The position numbers and the translations under genes were made by a program. The notes beneath the pieces were generated by a model. The model did not search any database and had not been told where the DNA came from. It saw only the letters and a program-made list of their open reading frames with translations. Positions 50,697 through 63,922 of a DNA stretch of 64,000 nucleotides are shown here, one piece after another (positions within the stretch are counted from its first letter, which is position 1; each line of letters begins with the position of its first letter). This stretch comes from Chiloscyllium plagiosum (taxonomy: Eukaryota): positions 10,853,733-10,917,732 of the forward strand of contig NC_057744.1 in assembly GCF_004010195.1 (NCBI RefSeq), in the 5' to 3' direction.

Positions 50697-51870
50697 GTTG
50701 CAGGAGTAGGCCATTCTGCCCTTTGAGCCTGCACCACCATTCATTATGATCATGGCTGATCATCCTCAATCAGTATCCTGTTCCTGCCTTATCTCCATAA
50801 CCCTTGATTCCACTATCCTTGAGAGCTCTATCCAACTCTTTCTTAAATGAATCCAGACTGGGCCTCCACTGCCTTCTGGGGCAGAGCATTCCACACACCC
50901 ACCACTCTGAGTGAAGAAGTTTCACCTCATCTATCCTAAATGGCCTATCCCTTATTTTTAAGCTGTGTCTTCTGGTTCGGGACTCACCCATCAGTGGAAA
51001 CATGTTTCCTGCTTCCAGAGTGTCCAATCCTTTTAATAATCTTATACGTCTCAATCTTCTAAACTCAAGGGTATACAAGCCCAGTCGCTCCAATCTTTCA
51101 ACATAAGATAGTCCTGCCATTCCAGGAATTGACCTCGTGAATCTACGCTGCACTCCCTCAATAGCCAGAATGTCTTTCCTCAAATTTGGAGACCAGAACT
51201 GCACACAATATTCCAGGTGCGGTCTCACCAGGGCCCTGTACAGCTGCAGAAGAACCTCTTTGCTTCTGTATTCAATCCCTATTGTTATGAAGGCCAGCAT
51301 GCTATTAGCTTTCTTCACTACCTGCTGTACCTGCATGCTTGCCTTCATTGACTGCTGTGCTCTTCCAGCACCACTGATCCAGAATCTGGTTTCCAGCATC
51401 TGCAGTCATTGTTTTTACCTCCATTTAGGTAGTAATCTGCCTTCCTGTTCTTGCCACCAAAGTGGATAACCATACATTTATCCACATTAAACTGAATCTG
51501 CCATGCATCTGTTCACTCACCTAACCTGTCCAGGTCACCCTGTAATCTCCTAACATCCTCCTCACATTTCACCCTGCCACCCAGCTTTGTATCATCAGCA
51601 AATTTGTTAATGTCACTATTAATACCATCTTCTATATCATTAATATATATGGTAAAAAAGCTGCGGTCCCTGCGGTACCCCACTGGTCACCGCCTGCCAC
51701 TCCGAAAGGGAGCCGTTTATCACTACTCTTTTGTTTCTTGTCAGCCAACCAATTTTCAATCCAAGTCAGTACTTTGCCCCCAGTACCATGCGCCCGTATT
51801 TTGCTCACTAACCTCCTATGTGGGACTTGATCAAAAGCTTTCTGAAAGTCCAGGTACACTACATCCACTG
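50697..51870 (-). mobile_element. Nested younger CR1 3' fragment
   Basis: ORF 50770: KKANSMLAFI..GIEYRSKEVLLQLYRALVRPHLEYCVQFWSP. Confidence 0.88.
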
Positions 51871-53718
51871 CAACAATCTGATACCCTTGGATATCTACCT
51901 CCCAGTTGTGACCATCCTGTAACCATATCTCTCCACCCTTCAGGCTCTCTGCCTGTATTCCTGATGAAGGGTTTTTTCCTGAAACGTCGATTTTACTATT
52001 CCTCGGATGCTGCCTAAACTGCTGTTTTTCTAGCACCACTCTAATCTAGACTCTGGCTTCCAGCATCTGCAGTCATTGTTTTTACCCTGTAATCATGTCT
52101 CTATAATGTCTACTAAATCATATTCATTTGTGATGATTTGTGCCGTTTAACTCCTCAACCTTGTTACGAATGTTACAAACATCAGTTCAGGTGGAGACTG
52201 TCCAATGATACAGAATGCTCCTGTTCCAAAACTGATGCAAATGCCTCCTGAAATGGAACCCCTCTTTCCCACACCACTCCCTTAGCCACGTGTTTATGTC
52301 CCTGATTTTCTTATCCCTAGGCCAACTTGCACGTGGCTCGGGTAGTAATCTGGAGGTTATAACCCTAGGACCTGTTCCTTAATTTTGTTCCTTTCGATAA
52401 CCCACAAACATCCTTGCCTTGTCTATGTTGTTTGTCCCAACGTCAACCACAATTGGATTGTCCCCCTCCCACTCCAGTATCCTTTCAAGCCGTTCAGAGA
52501 TGTCTTGTACCCTGGCACTGGGCAGGCAACATATCACTCCATCAGGCTTGCAAAGGATACTATCTATCTCCCTAATTTTAGAATCTCCTATAACTACTAC
52601 TTGTCTTTTGCTCCCCCCTCTTGAATAGCATCCTGCACCATGGTGTTGTGGTCAGTTGGCTCATCTTCCCCTCAGCCCTTTTCCTCATCTACACCGGGAG
52701 CAAGCATCAAATACCTATTGGCTAAGGCCAAAGGCTAAGGTTCCTCCGCTCCTGAAATCGGGATCCCCCCTACCTGCCTCACTTACAATCTCACCCTGTT
52801 GTCCCTGATCACTAACTGAATTTGAATTACTTAATCTTACTGCCTCCTGAAACAGTGTCCAAGTAACTCTTCCCATTCTGGAAGTGCCATAGTGTTTGAA
52901 GCTCAGATTCCAGATCGTCAACTCTGAGCTGGAGTTCCTCCAGCACTCAATATTTGCTGCAGATGTGGCCATTGCTATTCACAATGGGATCAACCAGCTC
53001 CCGCATAGAGCTATAGCATATCACCTGTCCAGCCATCTCTACTAATTAATTACTTTATTACTTTATATAAATTTGAGTTAAATAATTTCTAATACTTTTG
53101 ATATGTAGTTTTTCAAATAACGAAATAATAGATTAAAAGAAGCAAATTTTTAACCAATTGCACAATAAAAAAAGAAATAGAAAAGCCTTAAAAAAAGAAA
53201 TAGAAAAGTCTTTTTTTGTTGGTCAGAGGAATAGGGCGGGTGGGAGACACTACATGTGTCGTGTCTCTGGTTCAGCTGCTACTCGAATATATATCAATTC
53301 ACTCACCTTCCCAAACTTCAATGAAGGCCGCTGCTCCTGCGAGGTAACTTTTTTTTTAAATGGAGAATTTACCTCTGTAACGGCTCCCTGGTTTTTGCTC
53401 CCACCACTCCCACTGCAGAACTATACCAACATTATGGAATGTAAAACATGTTTTTTGTATATTCGTAGGATTTGGACATTGTTGGCAAAGACAACATTTA
53501 TTGCCCATCCCTAATTTCCTTTGAGGGTATTGGTGACCCACTTTCTTAAATGCAACTACATAGATTGCCATGCCATTTAAGAGGACAATCTGAACATAGT
53601 CACACTGGTCAGATAAGTTAAGGATGATAGATTTCTTTCCTGAAGGATATTAATACATCACATGCGTTTTTACAACAATCTGAGTTTCATGATCGTCATT
53701 ACTGATGCTAGCTTTTTA

Positions 53719-54032
53719 TTAGATTAGATTCCGTGCAGTGTGGAAACAGGCCCTTCGGCTCAACCAGTCCACACCAACCCTCCGAAGAGTAACCCACCCA
53801 GACCCATTTCCCTCTGACTAATGTATCTAGCACTATGGGCAATTTAGCATGGCCAATTCACCTAACCTGTATATCTTTGGACTGTGGGGGGGGAAACCGG
53901 AGGACCAAGAGGAAACCCACACAGACAGAGGGAGAATGTGCAAACTCCACACAGTCGCTCGAGGCTGGAATCGAACCTGGGATCTTGGTGCTGTGAGGTA
54001 GCAGTGCTAATCACTGAGCCACTGTACCGCCC
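53719..54032 (-). mobile_element. HE1-type SINE
   Basis: attagattagatt tail plus body. Confidence 0.88.
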
Positions 54033-55304
54033 CAAGTTATTGCAAGTTTTAGCATTATTTTTCATTTCGTTGTAGCTCTTGATTGATTTTTTCTGTTTCG
54101 CTAGGTTCCTTTTGCTTTTCTACCTGATTCTTAATACTAATTTTCTAAGGTCTATGTGAGTCTATTTTATCCACCAGTTGTCACCACATTTATCTAAGCA
54201 AAATAAAACAAAGAACTGTGGAAACTGGAGATCAAACAAAGAAAGGAATTGCTGGAAAAATTCAGATCTGGTAGCATTTGTGGGAAGAAAAGGGTTAATG
54301 TTTCAAAGGCAGTGACTTCACTTAGACTCAAAGTAAAGTTTATTCATATCCTAACTTCCACTCTGCAGCTATTCTAATAAATTACTGCATTATGTTGTCC
54401 AATATTTGACTTAATATTAGTTGACCCACCTGGTTCAGGATCAGCTGCAAATTTGCATATTGAGTTACATATTCCCAGGTCATAATGCAAATTATGAATA
54501 ATTGTGTTCTCAGCATTAAGCTTGTGGAAAATTGCTTTCCACCTTTGAATAACCACCTCTTACCCTTTACTACATTTTTTTCAGTTTGCTTTCCATTCCA
54601 CTGACCAGTCTCAAGTGTCATTCAATCCACATGCATGATCAACAATGACCGTCTCCAAGTAGAAGTCTGTCTCTCCACAGCATTCAACAGGATTACCATT
54701 GTTGGTTCCTCCACCATCAATGTTTTTAGATGGTTACATTGACCAAATCTAGTATTTTAATAACTGGTTCAGATACTGGGAATTCTGTTGTAGGTGACTT
54801 ACGTCTTGACTCCATAAAGTCATTCCATCATTTGAGGTACAATCAGGATTGAAATGTGAAATACGCTTGCATAGATAAGGATAGCTCCAACAAGATTTTC
54901 CAGGTCAAAGAACACTACTTAATCATTGATCCGTGCATCATCTTAAACATTTACCATCTCTGCTGGCACACAGTGGCAATCTTATGTATAAGATGCAATG
55001 TAGAAACTCAGCAAATGTCCTTTGATAGCATCTTCCAAATTCCTGACCTTTGCCACATTGAGTCACAAAAGCTGAAGGTACAGGGATTACCACCACCTGT
55101 AAGCTTCCATCCACTCTACCAAAAGTCTACAGGAAAAGAAGTAGGTCATTTGGCCCATCAAGTCTGCTCTGCCATTTTGAGATAATCCTCAATTCTACAT
55201 TTTTTTTTTTGCCATTTTCCCCATCAACCCTTGATTCCCTCACTGAGTAAAAATCAGTCTATCTTGGCCTTAGATATATTTTATGATCTAATACCTCACT
55301 ATAG

Positions 55305-56460
55305 CCTTGGTCCAAACATGGACAAAAGAGCTAAATTCCAGAGGTGAGTTGAGAGTGACAGCCCTTGACATCAAGGCTGCATTTGGCCGAGTGTAGCATC
55401 CAGGAGTTCTAGCAAAACTGGAATCAATGGGTATCGGGGGAAAACTCTCTGGTTGGAGTCATACTTGACACAGGATGATGGTCATGGTGTTGGAGGTCAG
55501 CCATCTCAGCTCCAGGACATCTCTGCAGGAGTTTTTCAGGGTAGTGTCCTTGGCCCAACCATCCTCAACTGCTTCATCAAAACCTTCTCTCCATCATAAG
55601 GTCAGAAGTTTACCAAAGTTCAGCACCATTTACAACTCCTCCGATATTGAAGCAGTCCATGTTCAAATGCAACCAGATCTATACAATATCCAGGCTTGGG
55701 CTGACCAGTGACAAGTAACATTCATGCCACAAAATATGCCACCTGTGACCATCATGAATAAGAGACAGCCTCACCACCCTGCCTTGGCATTCAATGATGT
55801 TACCATCACTGAATCCCCTATTGTCAACATCCTGAGTTACCGTTGATTGGAAACTTAAATGGACTCACCACATAAATATAGTGGCTACAAGAGCAGATCA
55901 AAAGCTAGGAATACTGTGATGAGTAACTTGTCACCTGACTCCTCAATGCTTGTCGACCATCTGCAAGGCACAAGTCAGGAGTGTGACGGAATACTCCCCA
56001 CTTAGTTGGGTGACTGCAGCCCCAACAACACAAGAAGCTTGACATCATCCAGGACAAAGCAGCCTACTTAATTGGCACTGAATCCACTCTCTCCTCTGAC
56101 ACTTGGTACACACTGCTGCTACTATCTACAAGATGCACTGTAGAAATTCACCAAAGATCCTCCAACAGCACCTTTCAAACCCACGAGCACTTCCATCTCT
56201 TAAAACAACACTAGCAGATACATGGGAACACCACCACTTTCAAGTTCCCCTCCAAGCCACTCATTACCGTGACTTGGAGGTATATCACTGTTCCTTCTCT
56301 GTTGCTGGGTCAAAGTCCTGGAATTCCCTCCTTCTCTGTTGCTGGGTCAATCCACAGGTGGATTGCAGTGATTCAAGAAGGCAGCTCACTACCATCTTCT
56401 CAAGGGTAATTAGGATGGGTAATAAAATGCTGGCCAGCTAGCGATGCCCACATCTCTCAG
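55305..56460 (+). mobile_element. CR1-type LINE RT and 3' end, inserted into another CR1 remnant (~55130-56830, minus)
   Basis: ALDIKAAF; reverse homologue of 14380-15368. Confidence 0.85.
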
Positions 56461-57049
56461 ATGACTTTTGTTTTTAAAAAAAACAGCCGTGACTGCCCTT
56501 CCAGTAAAGAATCTCACAGATTAGACACAGAACGTTGGTCACTCACAGCTCTGAGAGAAAAGATTCCTTCTCATCTCTGACTTAAATTATTCAGAGATTA
56601 TGCCATCTGGCCCTGAACACACTCCTGAGAGGGAACAACCCTCTCTACATCTACCCTGTCAAGATTTTTAAAAAATCTTGTATGTTTCAATAAAGTCACC
56701 GATCGTTCGTCCTTCCTAAACAGTGCAGGCCTGACCTGTCCAACCACTCTTCATAAGTAAGTTTCCCCCCCCCCCCCCCAATACTTGGGATCAACCTAGT
56801 CGACCTTCCTTGGACTGCCTCCTGTGCCAGTATATTTTTTCCAAGCATCTGACGTGCTAATTATAGCAATAGCACTTTGTGTGGGGCTGATCCAATTCCA
56901 TTCTAGCCAATGTCATTTTGAGGATGCAACACTAATACACAAATACTATTGAACTTTCTAAAGGCAATGTTGCGATGGTGTGAATGTATTTGTTGATTAT
57001 TAGCTGAAGCCTAAATGTAATCCAGGTCTTGTTGCATTGAAATACATTA

Positions 57050-57526
57050 TCTGAGAAGATTTACAAGGATGTTGCCAGGGTTGGAGGATTTGAGCTATAG
57101 GGAGAGACTGCACAGGCTGGGACTGTTTTCCCTGAAGCGTCCAAGGCTGAGGGGTGACCTTATAGAGGTTTACAAAATTGAGGGGCCTGGATAGGATAAA
57201 TAGGCAAAGTCCTTTCCCTGGGGTGGGGGAGTCCAGAACTAGAGGGCATAGGTTTAGGGTGAGAGGGGAAAGATAAAAAAGAGACCTAAGGGGCAACTTC
57301 TTCACATAGAGGGTGGTAGGTGTATGGAATGAGCTGCCAGAGGATGTGGTGGAGGCTAGTACAATTGCAACATTTAAGAGGCATTTGGATGGGTATATGA
57401 ATAGGAAGGGCTTGGAGGGATGTGGGCCAGGTGCTGGCGGGTGGGACTAGATTGGGTTGGGATATCTAGTCGGCATGGACAGGTTGGATGGAAGGGTCTG
57501 TTTCCATGCTGTACATCTCTCTGACT
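57050..57526 (+). mobile_element. CR1/HER1-type LINE 3' fragment
   Basis: Homologous to 31455-31936. Confidence 0.9.
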
Positions 57527-57999
57527 ATATGTTGTGAATGGTGCTGAACATTCCGTAATCATCATCATCTCCACTTCTGACCTCATTATGGAGAGAAGGT
57601 CATTTGAAGCAGCTGAAGATGTTTGACCCCAGGACACTACCCTGAGGAATTCCTCTGAGATGGTTAGCCTTCAAAAACTACAACTATATTCCTTTTGTGG
57701 AAGGTATGACACTAGCCAACAGGGAGCTTTTTCCCCCCAATTTTCAATCACTCCAGTTTTGCTTGTGCTCCTTGATACCATACTCTGTCAGATATTGATT
57801 TGATGTAAAGGGCAGTCACTTCAAACTCTCTCTGGAATTGGCCTTCACACTATTATCTGGAATATCCTTTCTTGACATCTCCACTTCTCTCTCTCAACCT
57901 TGTTAAATGTATTCTCAACCCCCATCTCATAATACAAAGTTTAGGACAAGTGACCAAAGTTCTGTCTAATCCTATCAATTAGAAATATATTTTTCCAAG

Positions 58000-58310
58000 T
58001 GTGATGTTGTCAGTAGTTACATCTCTTGGTTGAGATGTTAAACTAAGGTCCTGTGTAACACCCACCCTTGTATGTGGACATGTTTCTATTACACTTCTCT
58101 TTTATGGAAGTGTATGGGTATGGTCTTTGTCCTAGCCAATATTTATCCCTCAACCAACATTATTAGAAGCAGAATATCTGGTCATTATCATTACGGGAGC
58201 TTCCTGTCTTTAAATTTGGCAGCTGTGTTTCCCACGTCACAGCAGTATTTTTAAAAGTACATCACTCATCACAATGTGAATGAAATGTCCTGACACTGTC
58301 TAATGTGCTC
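58000..58310 (+). mobile_element. Deu-domain SINE remnant
   Basis: gtcctagccaatatttatccctcaaccaaca...tctggtcattatca. Confidence 0.55.
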
Positions 58311-59042
58311 AAATTCTTGTTCCCTTAATCGAATGCTCAAATTTTTCCTAAATACGTACATACTGTTGTTTGAATAACAGCATCTCATTTTGTAATATAA
58401 TAGTCACTCCAACAAAAATATTCTTGGCTTCCTCTACGGCATGTCAACTTTTGGCCACCTTCTCCATTATCCCCTCAACCTTTCATGTGTTTGCTACAAT
58501 GCCAAATCAGTTGTCTAATGTGTAGAGGAACTGCAAGATCTAATCTCGATGTGAATTTGCAGCAAGCTTAAATTTATCCTAGCAAATTGCTGGACATCAG
58601 CCACAGTAAAAACAAGGCTGACGTAACAGCAGCTTAAAACAACTTTGTTTGAGGAAGAAAAAATGAACCTGCCTTTATATTAGTTTTTCATGTTTGCATG
58701 ACATCCTAGAATACTACTTGGGTGTTTTGAGAAGTATGGCCACAGTTGTAACATGGTGAAACAGCAGAAGTTACCATAACTACAGGAAAAGTTCTGAAAA
58801 TACTCAGCAAACTTGGCAGTTGTGGAGAGAGGAACACAGTTAACATTTCGATGATCTATCAGAACTTCTGGGCTGCCTATCTATCTCTGCTTTGCTTTGA
58901 CTTATACTTTTGAATTGTAGGTGGCAAGGCAGCTACAATTCAAAACTGGCAGAATCCTTTTAAATGCAGATTGGGTTCAAATTATGTAATTGGGCAACAC
59001 ATTAGGGAGGAAGTAACATAGTGGTAATATCTAATGCAGAGT

Positions 59043-59420
59043 TAAAAATCACATAACAGCAGGATATAGTCCAACAGGTTTATTTGGAAGCACTAGGTTT
59101 CGGAGTGCTGCTCCTTCATCAGGTGATTGTGGAGAAAGCTAGTGTTTCCAAATAAACCTGTTGAACTATAACCTGGTGGACCACTACAGCGGACAGCTGA
59201 AACTGACAACCGGAAGCGGCAGGGACAGACCACTATAAACACCGGAGGAAACATCAAAGAAGCACTTCGCAGGAGGCTCCCAAGCACTGATGATGTCGCC
59301 TAGCCAGGGGACGAAACGTTTGCAACAAAAACTTCCAGCTCGGCGAACAGAACCACAACAACTGGTGGTGTGACTTTTAACTTTGTACACCCCAGTCCAA
59401 CACCAGCGTCTCCAAATCAT
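59043..59420. mobile_element. Fold-back Penelope-type insertion carrying a second PLE-type terminus (~59179-59362)
   Basis: TSD-like tctaat(g/c)cagagt at 59030-59042 and 59421-59433. Confidence 0.75.
59284..59323 (+). ncRNA. Minimal type I hammerhead ribozyme motif
   Basis: GCA CTGATGA T GTCgCCT-agcc-AGGgGAC GAAA CG TT TGC; stem I GCA/TGC. Confidence 0.65.
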
Positions 59421-60357
59421 TCTAATCCAGAGTCTCAGACTCAGACTGTGTCCATATCACACCATAGCAGTTGTTGGAATTTAAATTCAAATTAATAGCA
59501 AGCCACTCATTTCAAAACCAATTAGTGATAGGCAAATGCTGGCTTCGCCTGTGATGCCCACATCCCATGGAAGAATAAATATTAATCCAAGACTGGGATG
59601 GAGAAATTGTCATGACTTCTGCAGTAGGTCAACTGTACTGCAAGGTGAATCAAAGCAGCCCGGCAAAGTTTTTAATGTTAAAAATCATCTTGTGGAATGA
59701 GACTAGATGGTGTAAAGGAATCTTTACATGCATAAATAAGTCAATCCCAAAAGCTGTGCCATTTTTCCTTTTCTTAAAAAAGCAAACCAAGCCCTAGGCT
59801 TTATTTCTCGAGGAATCGAATTGAGTTATAGGGAAGTTACACTAAATGTCTCAAAGCATGGTTGGACTACACTTAAGAGTTCTGGTCTCCCTAAGTAATG
59901 GAAAGGATAGTGAGGGAACGCAGAGAAGATTTAATAGGATGATGCTGGATATTTGTGGATATATGTTATTGCAATGGTGCGGTTAAACAAAACCCTCCAA
60001 TAAAGACTCCTGGCACCACGTTATGAGCTTATTGGATTCTTGGTCACCACAAAGGTAGATTGCTGCTGCCATCTTTCTTTCTTAGGCTGGGATCTATAAA
60101 GCCTGCTTCCTTCAGTGTGGTACGGGAAAACCACAAGGTAGTCTAACAAGAGTTTTCTCTTAAATGAGATGTAGTTTCTCACATGATAACGGTTAGTTAC
60201 ATATTATATATTGGTATGAAGATTAGGAAAGACTGTATTCGTTTATCTCCTTTAGGTGCAGGTTACATTGTGTCTTATTGAGAACACTTGGTGCTGTCAC
60301 TGCTAGCTTTTACTCTTAAAGGTATAGTACACCCACATCTTCATAACAGGAAAAACA

Positions 60358-61105
60358 GAGTCATAGAGATGTACAGCACAGAAACAGACCTGCCGATTCA
60401 ACTTGTCCATGTCGACCAGCTATCCTAAATTAATCTAGTCCTGTTTGCCAGCACTTGGCCCATATCCCTCTAAACCCTTCCTATTCAGATGCCTTTTAAA
60501 CATTGTAATTGTAGCAGCCTCGACCACTTCCCCAGGCAGCTTATTCCATAAACTTACCACCCTCTCAATGAAAATGTTGCCCCTTAGGCCCCTTTTATAT
60601 CTTTCCCCTCTCACCCTAAACCTATGCCCTCTAGCTCTGAACTCCCCACCCCAGGGAAAAGACCTTGTCTATTTACCCTATCCATGCCCCTCATGATTTT
60701 ATAAACCTCTAGAAGGTCACCTCTCAGCCTCTGAGCCCCAGCCTATTCAGCCTCTCCCTGTGGGTCAAATCCTCCAACTCTGGCAACATCCTTGCAAATT
60801 TTTTCTGAACCGTTTTTTCACAACATCCTTCCGATAGGAAGGAGACCAGAATTGCACACAGTATTCCAAAAGTGGCCTAACCAATGGCCTGTACAGCCAC
60901 AACATAACTTCCCAAGTCCTATGCTCAATGCTCTGACCAATAAAGGAAAGTATACCAAATGCCGCCTTCGCTATCCTAGATACCCGTGACTCTACCATCA
61001 AGGAATTATGAACCTTCACTCCAAGGTCTCTTTGTTCAGCAACATTCCCCAGGCCCTTACCATTAAATGTATAAGTCTGCTTTGGTTTGCCTTTCCAAAA
61101 TGCAT
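60358..61105 (-). mobile_element. CR1/HER1-type LINE 3' fragment
   Basis: LVRPLLEYCVQFWSPSYRKDV. Confidence 0.9.
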
Positions 61106-61839
61106 AACTAGTTGTTCTAGACACTACTTCAGGTAGTCGCCAGAAATCTAATAGGGAATTAAGAAGAAACCTTTGTACCCAAAGAATAGTAAGAATGTGA
61201 AACTCACAGGAAGTGATTGAAGTGAATTTTGAACAGAAAGGTGAGCATTTGAGCAAAAATGGAATATCTAGTTAGACTGATTTGAGATGTTAGAAAGGTG
61301 AGGTTGGAATAGAGCATAAATACGACCATTGATTAGTTACATTGGCCTGTTTTTGTGCTGAATGTCCTGTAAATACAGTGTAATAAGTTGGAGTGCTTCT
61401 GAAGCAACAGAGGCTTGAGGACTTGCCCCTCCTCCAAAGACATTGGTCATAATTCCAAGGATTGGAAAATCAAAGTATTAACAGTTTCTGGGCCCCAGGA
61501 AGATATCAATGCGCAAACTTGCCACTCATTACAATGCCTCACCCTGCCACACCACAACCCACTAAAATGCAAGTAAAGTTACCACCAGTAGATTTTATCA
61601 CCGCAGAGTAGATGTTGGAAAGATATTTCCCCTGGTTGGACAGGTCTCTATCCAGGGACATAGTCTCCGAATAAAGTTGGCCCATTAAGATTGAAAATGA
61701 AGAGGAATTTCTGGAGTGTAGTGCATCTTCAGAATTCTGTACTAGAGCTGCTTGTAGAGTCTTTCAGTGCATCCAGGACAGAAATTGATTCGAGGGATAT
61801 GGGGATGGTATAAGAAATGGCATTTGATCAGCCATTCGA

Positions 61840-62420
61840 TAGACAAGGTAGTGAAGAAAGTGTTTGGTCTGCTTACTTTTATTGGACAGTGCATTGAGTA
61901 TTGGAGTTAAACCATTTTGTAGCTGCTCGGGATGCGATCGGAAAGATGTTGTGAAACTTGAAAGGGTTCAGAAAAGATTTACAAGGATGGTTGGAGGGTT
62001 TGAGCTAGAGGGAGAGGCTGAATAGGCTGGGGCTATTTTCCCTGGAGCAGTGGAGGCTGAGGGGTGACATTTACAGAAGTTTATAAAATCACGAGGGGCA
62101 TGGACAGGGTGAATAGCCGAGGTATTTTCTCCAGTGTATGGGAGTATAGGTTTAAGGTGGAATCTTCTGCAAAAATTTAAAAGGGACTAAAGGGTGATTC
62201 ACACAGAGGGTGGTATGTGTATTGAATGAGCTGCCAGAGGTGGTGGTGGAGGCTGGTACAATTATAACATTTAAAAAGCATCTGGATGGGTATATGAATA
62301 GGAACAGTTTAGAGGGGTATGGGCTAAATGCTGACAAATAGGACTAGATCATTATAGAGTATCTGGCATGGACGAGTTGGACCAAAGAATCTGTTTCTGT
62401 GCTTTATATCTAATTATATC
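61840..62420 (+). mobile_element. CR1/HER1-type LINE 3' fragment
   Basis: Homologous to 31290-31930. Confidence 0.85.
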
Positions 62421-62539
62421 TGACTATATCTAATTGAATGGCCCACTTGTGCTTTCATTGCCTGTGCTGTCTGCAGACTGAAGTAACCTTTTTGAAGAAT
62501 GCTTTAATGACAAACTAACTTAATGTTTTTCTCCAACAG

Positions 62540-62580
62540 GAAAAGTTCCAAAAAAGGTAAATCAAAAAAGAACAGTACAG
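62540..62580 (+). CDS. C11orf52: C11orf52-like protein, coding exon 2 (Lys-rich)
   Basis: tgtttttctccaacag| (R)KSSKKGKSKKNST+g |gtgagt; 41 nt, phase 2-1; compatible with exon 1 and similar to the short KKKKT exon of C11orf52. Confidence 0.75.
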
Positions 62581-63149
62581 GTGAGTGATTTGGAAAAGCA
62601 GTAACTGGTATGTTCTGTTACAAAAAAAAAACAAAATCCTGGAAACATTTAGTAGATACAGCAGCATTGTGAAGAGAAATAAGAATATTTCAGATTGATG
62701 ACCTTTAGTCACTTATTATTGATACTACAACTTTTGTAGTATTTCTGTACAATTCGTCTTCACCTTTCTTAATGCTGATTTTATTGCCACCACGTTTCTA
62801 GGATTGTGGACCTGTTTCCAATGCTTTAAGGTGTGTAAGAATGTGCTGGGCTGATCTGTCATTCTGTCTAGCCAAACACTTTTCCTTAGAACAGTACTTA
62901 GTCTCAGTTGGCTGAACGGCCAGTTTGTGATGCAGAGTGATGCCAACAGCACAAGTTCAGCTTCCTGCTGAAGTTACCATGAAGGACACTCCTCCTCAAC
63001 TGCCCCGCTACCTGAGGTATGGTGACCCTTGGGTTAGATCACCTTCACCAGTCACCTCTCTCTAAAGAGCAGCCCTATGGTCCCATGACTAAATGGTGAA
63101 TTTAAACTTGCATTGTTCAGGAAAGCTCCCTGGTATTCTGGTACAAAGT

Positions 63150-63922
63150 TTAAAAATCACACTACACCAAGGTTTGGTTGTGTTCTGCTGGAAAAGCACA
63201 GGTCAGGCAGCATCCGAGGAGCAGGAAAATCAATGTTTCGGGCAAAAGCCCTTCATCAGGAATAGAGACAGGAAGCCTCTGGGTGGAGAGATAAATGGGA
63301 GGGGTTGGGGCTGGGGTGGGGGAAGGTACTGGAGAGTGCACTAGGTGGATGGAGGTGGGGNNNNNNNNNNNNNNNNNNNNNNNNNNNNNNNNNNNNNNNN
63401 NNNNNNNNNNNNNNNNNNNNNCCCACCGCGCGCACACAAGTTTGTGGGGTGAGTGTATACTTGGAGAATTACATTTTATTTTGCTCAAACTGCAAGAATC
63501 CATGTAAGATTCTGTAAATCTGAAGTTTTTGATTAGAATCAGTCTGAACATTGTGGCACAGACAGTCTCACACCTTCAAAGCATTTCCTGGACTGACATG
63601 ACACCAATTGTTAAAGTTTACTTGAGAATGTAGCTTTAAAAAAGTTCTGGGATTTACATATGAAAAAACTGAAATCAACATGTTCATTCTAAAAGGTGAG
63701 AGATTTAACAAACAATCCAGGTCTTTTTCAATATATGATTTCAGTTATATCTCACTAAACTTTTGCTATAAATTCTGTCTTATGATCTTATACTCCACAA
63801 CCACCTGATGAAGGAGCAGTGCTCTGAAAGCTAGTGCTTCCAAATAAACCTGTTGGACTAAACCTGGTGTTGTGTGATTTTTAACTTTGTACACCCTAGT
63901 CCAACACCGGCTTCTCCAAATC
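63150..63922. mobile_element. Composite Penelope-like elements flanking an assembly gap
   Basis: 63422-63922 is homologous to ~11100-11582; hammerhead-like cores at ~63233-63259 (-) and ~63823-63856 (+). Confidence 0.75.
63361..63421. other. Assembly gap (N run)
   Basis: Run of n characters. Confidence 1.

Larger units (their letters stand above)
47395..53350 (-). mobile_element. Near full-length decayed CR1 LINE (ORF1, APE, RT, 3' end) with nested insertions
   Basis: ORF1 HICSKY*VLEELQLRVDDLESEL at ~52885-52968; APE VVYRPPN and IIMGNFN; RT GRSCLT.L..F...VDVVYLDFQKAFDKVPHRR; LVRPHLEYC.QFW. Confidence 0.9.
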
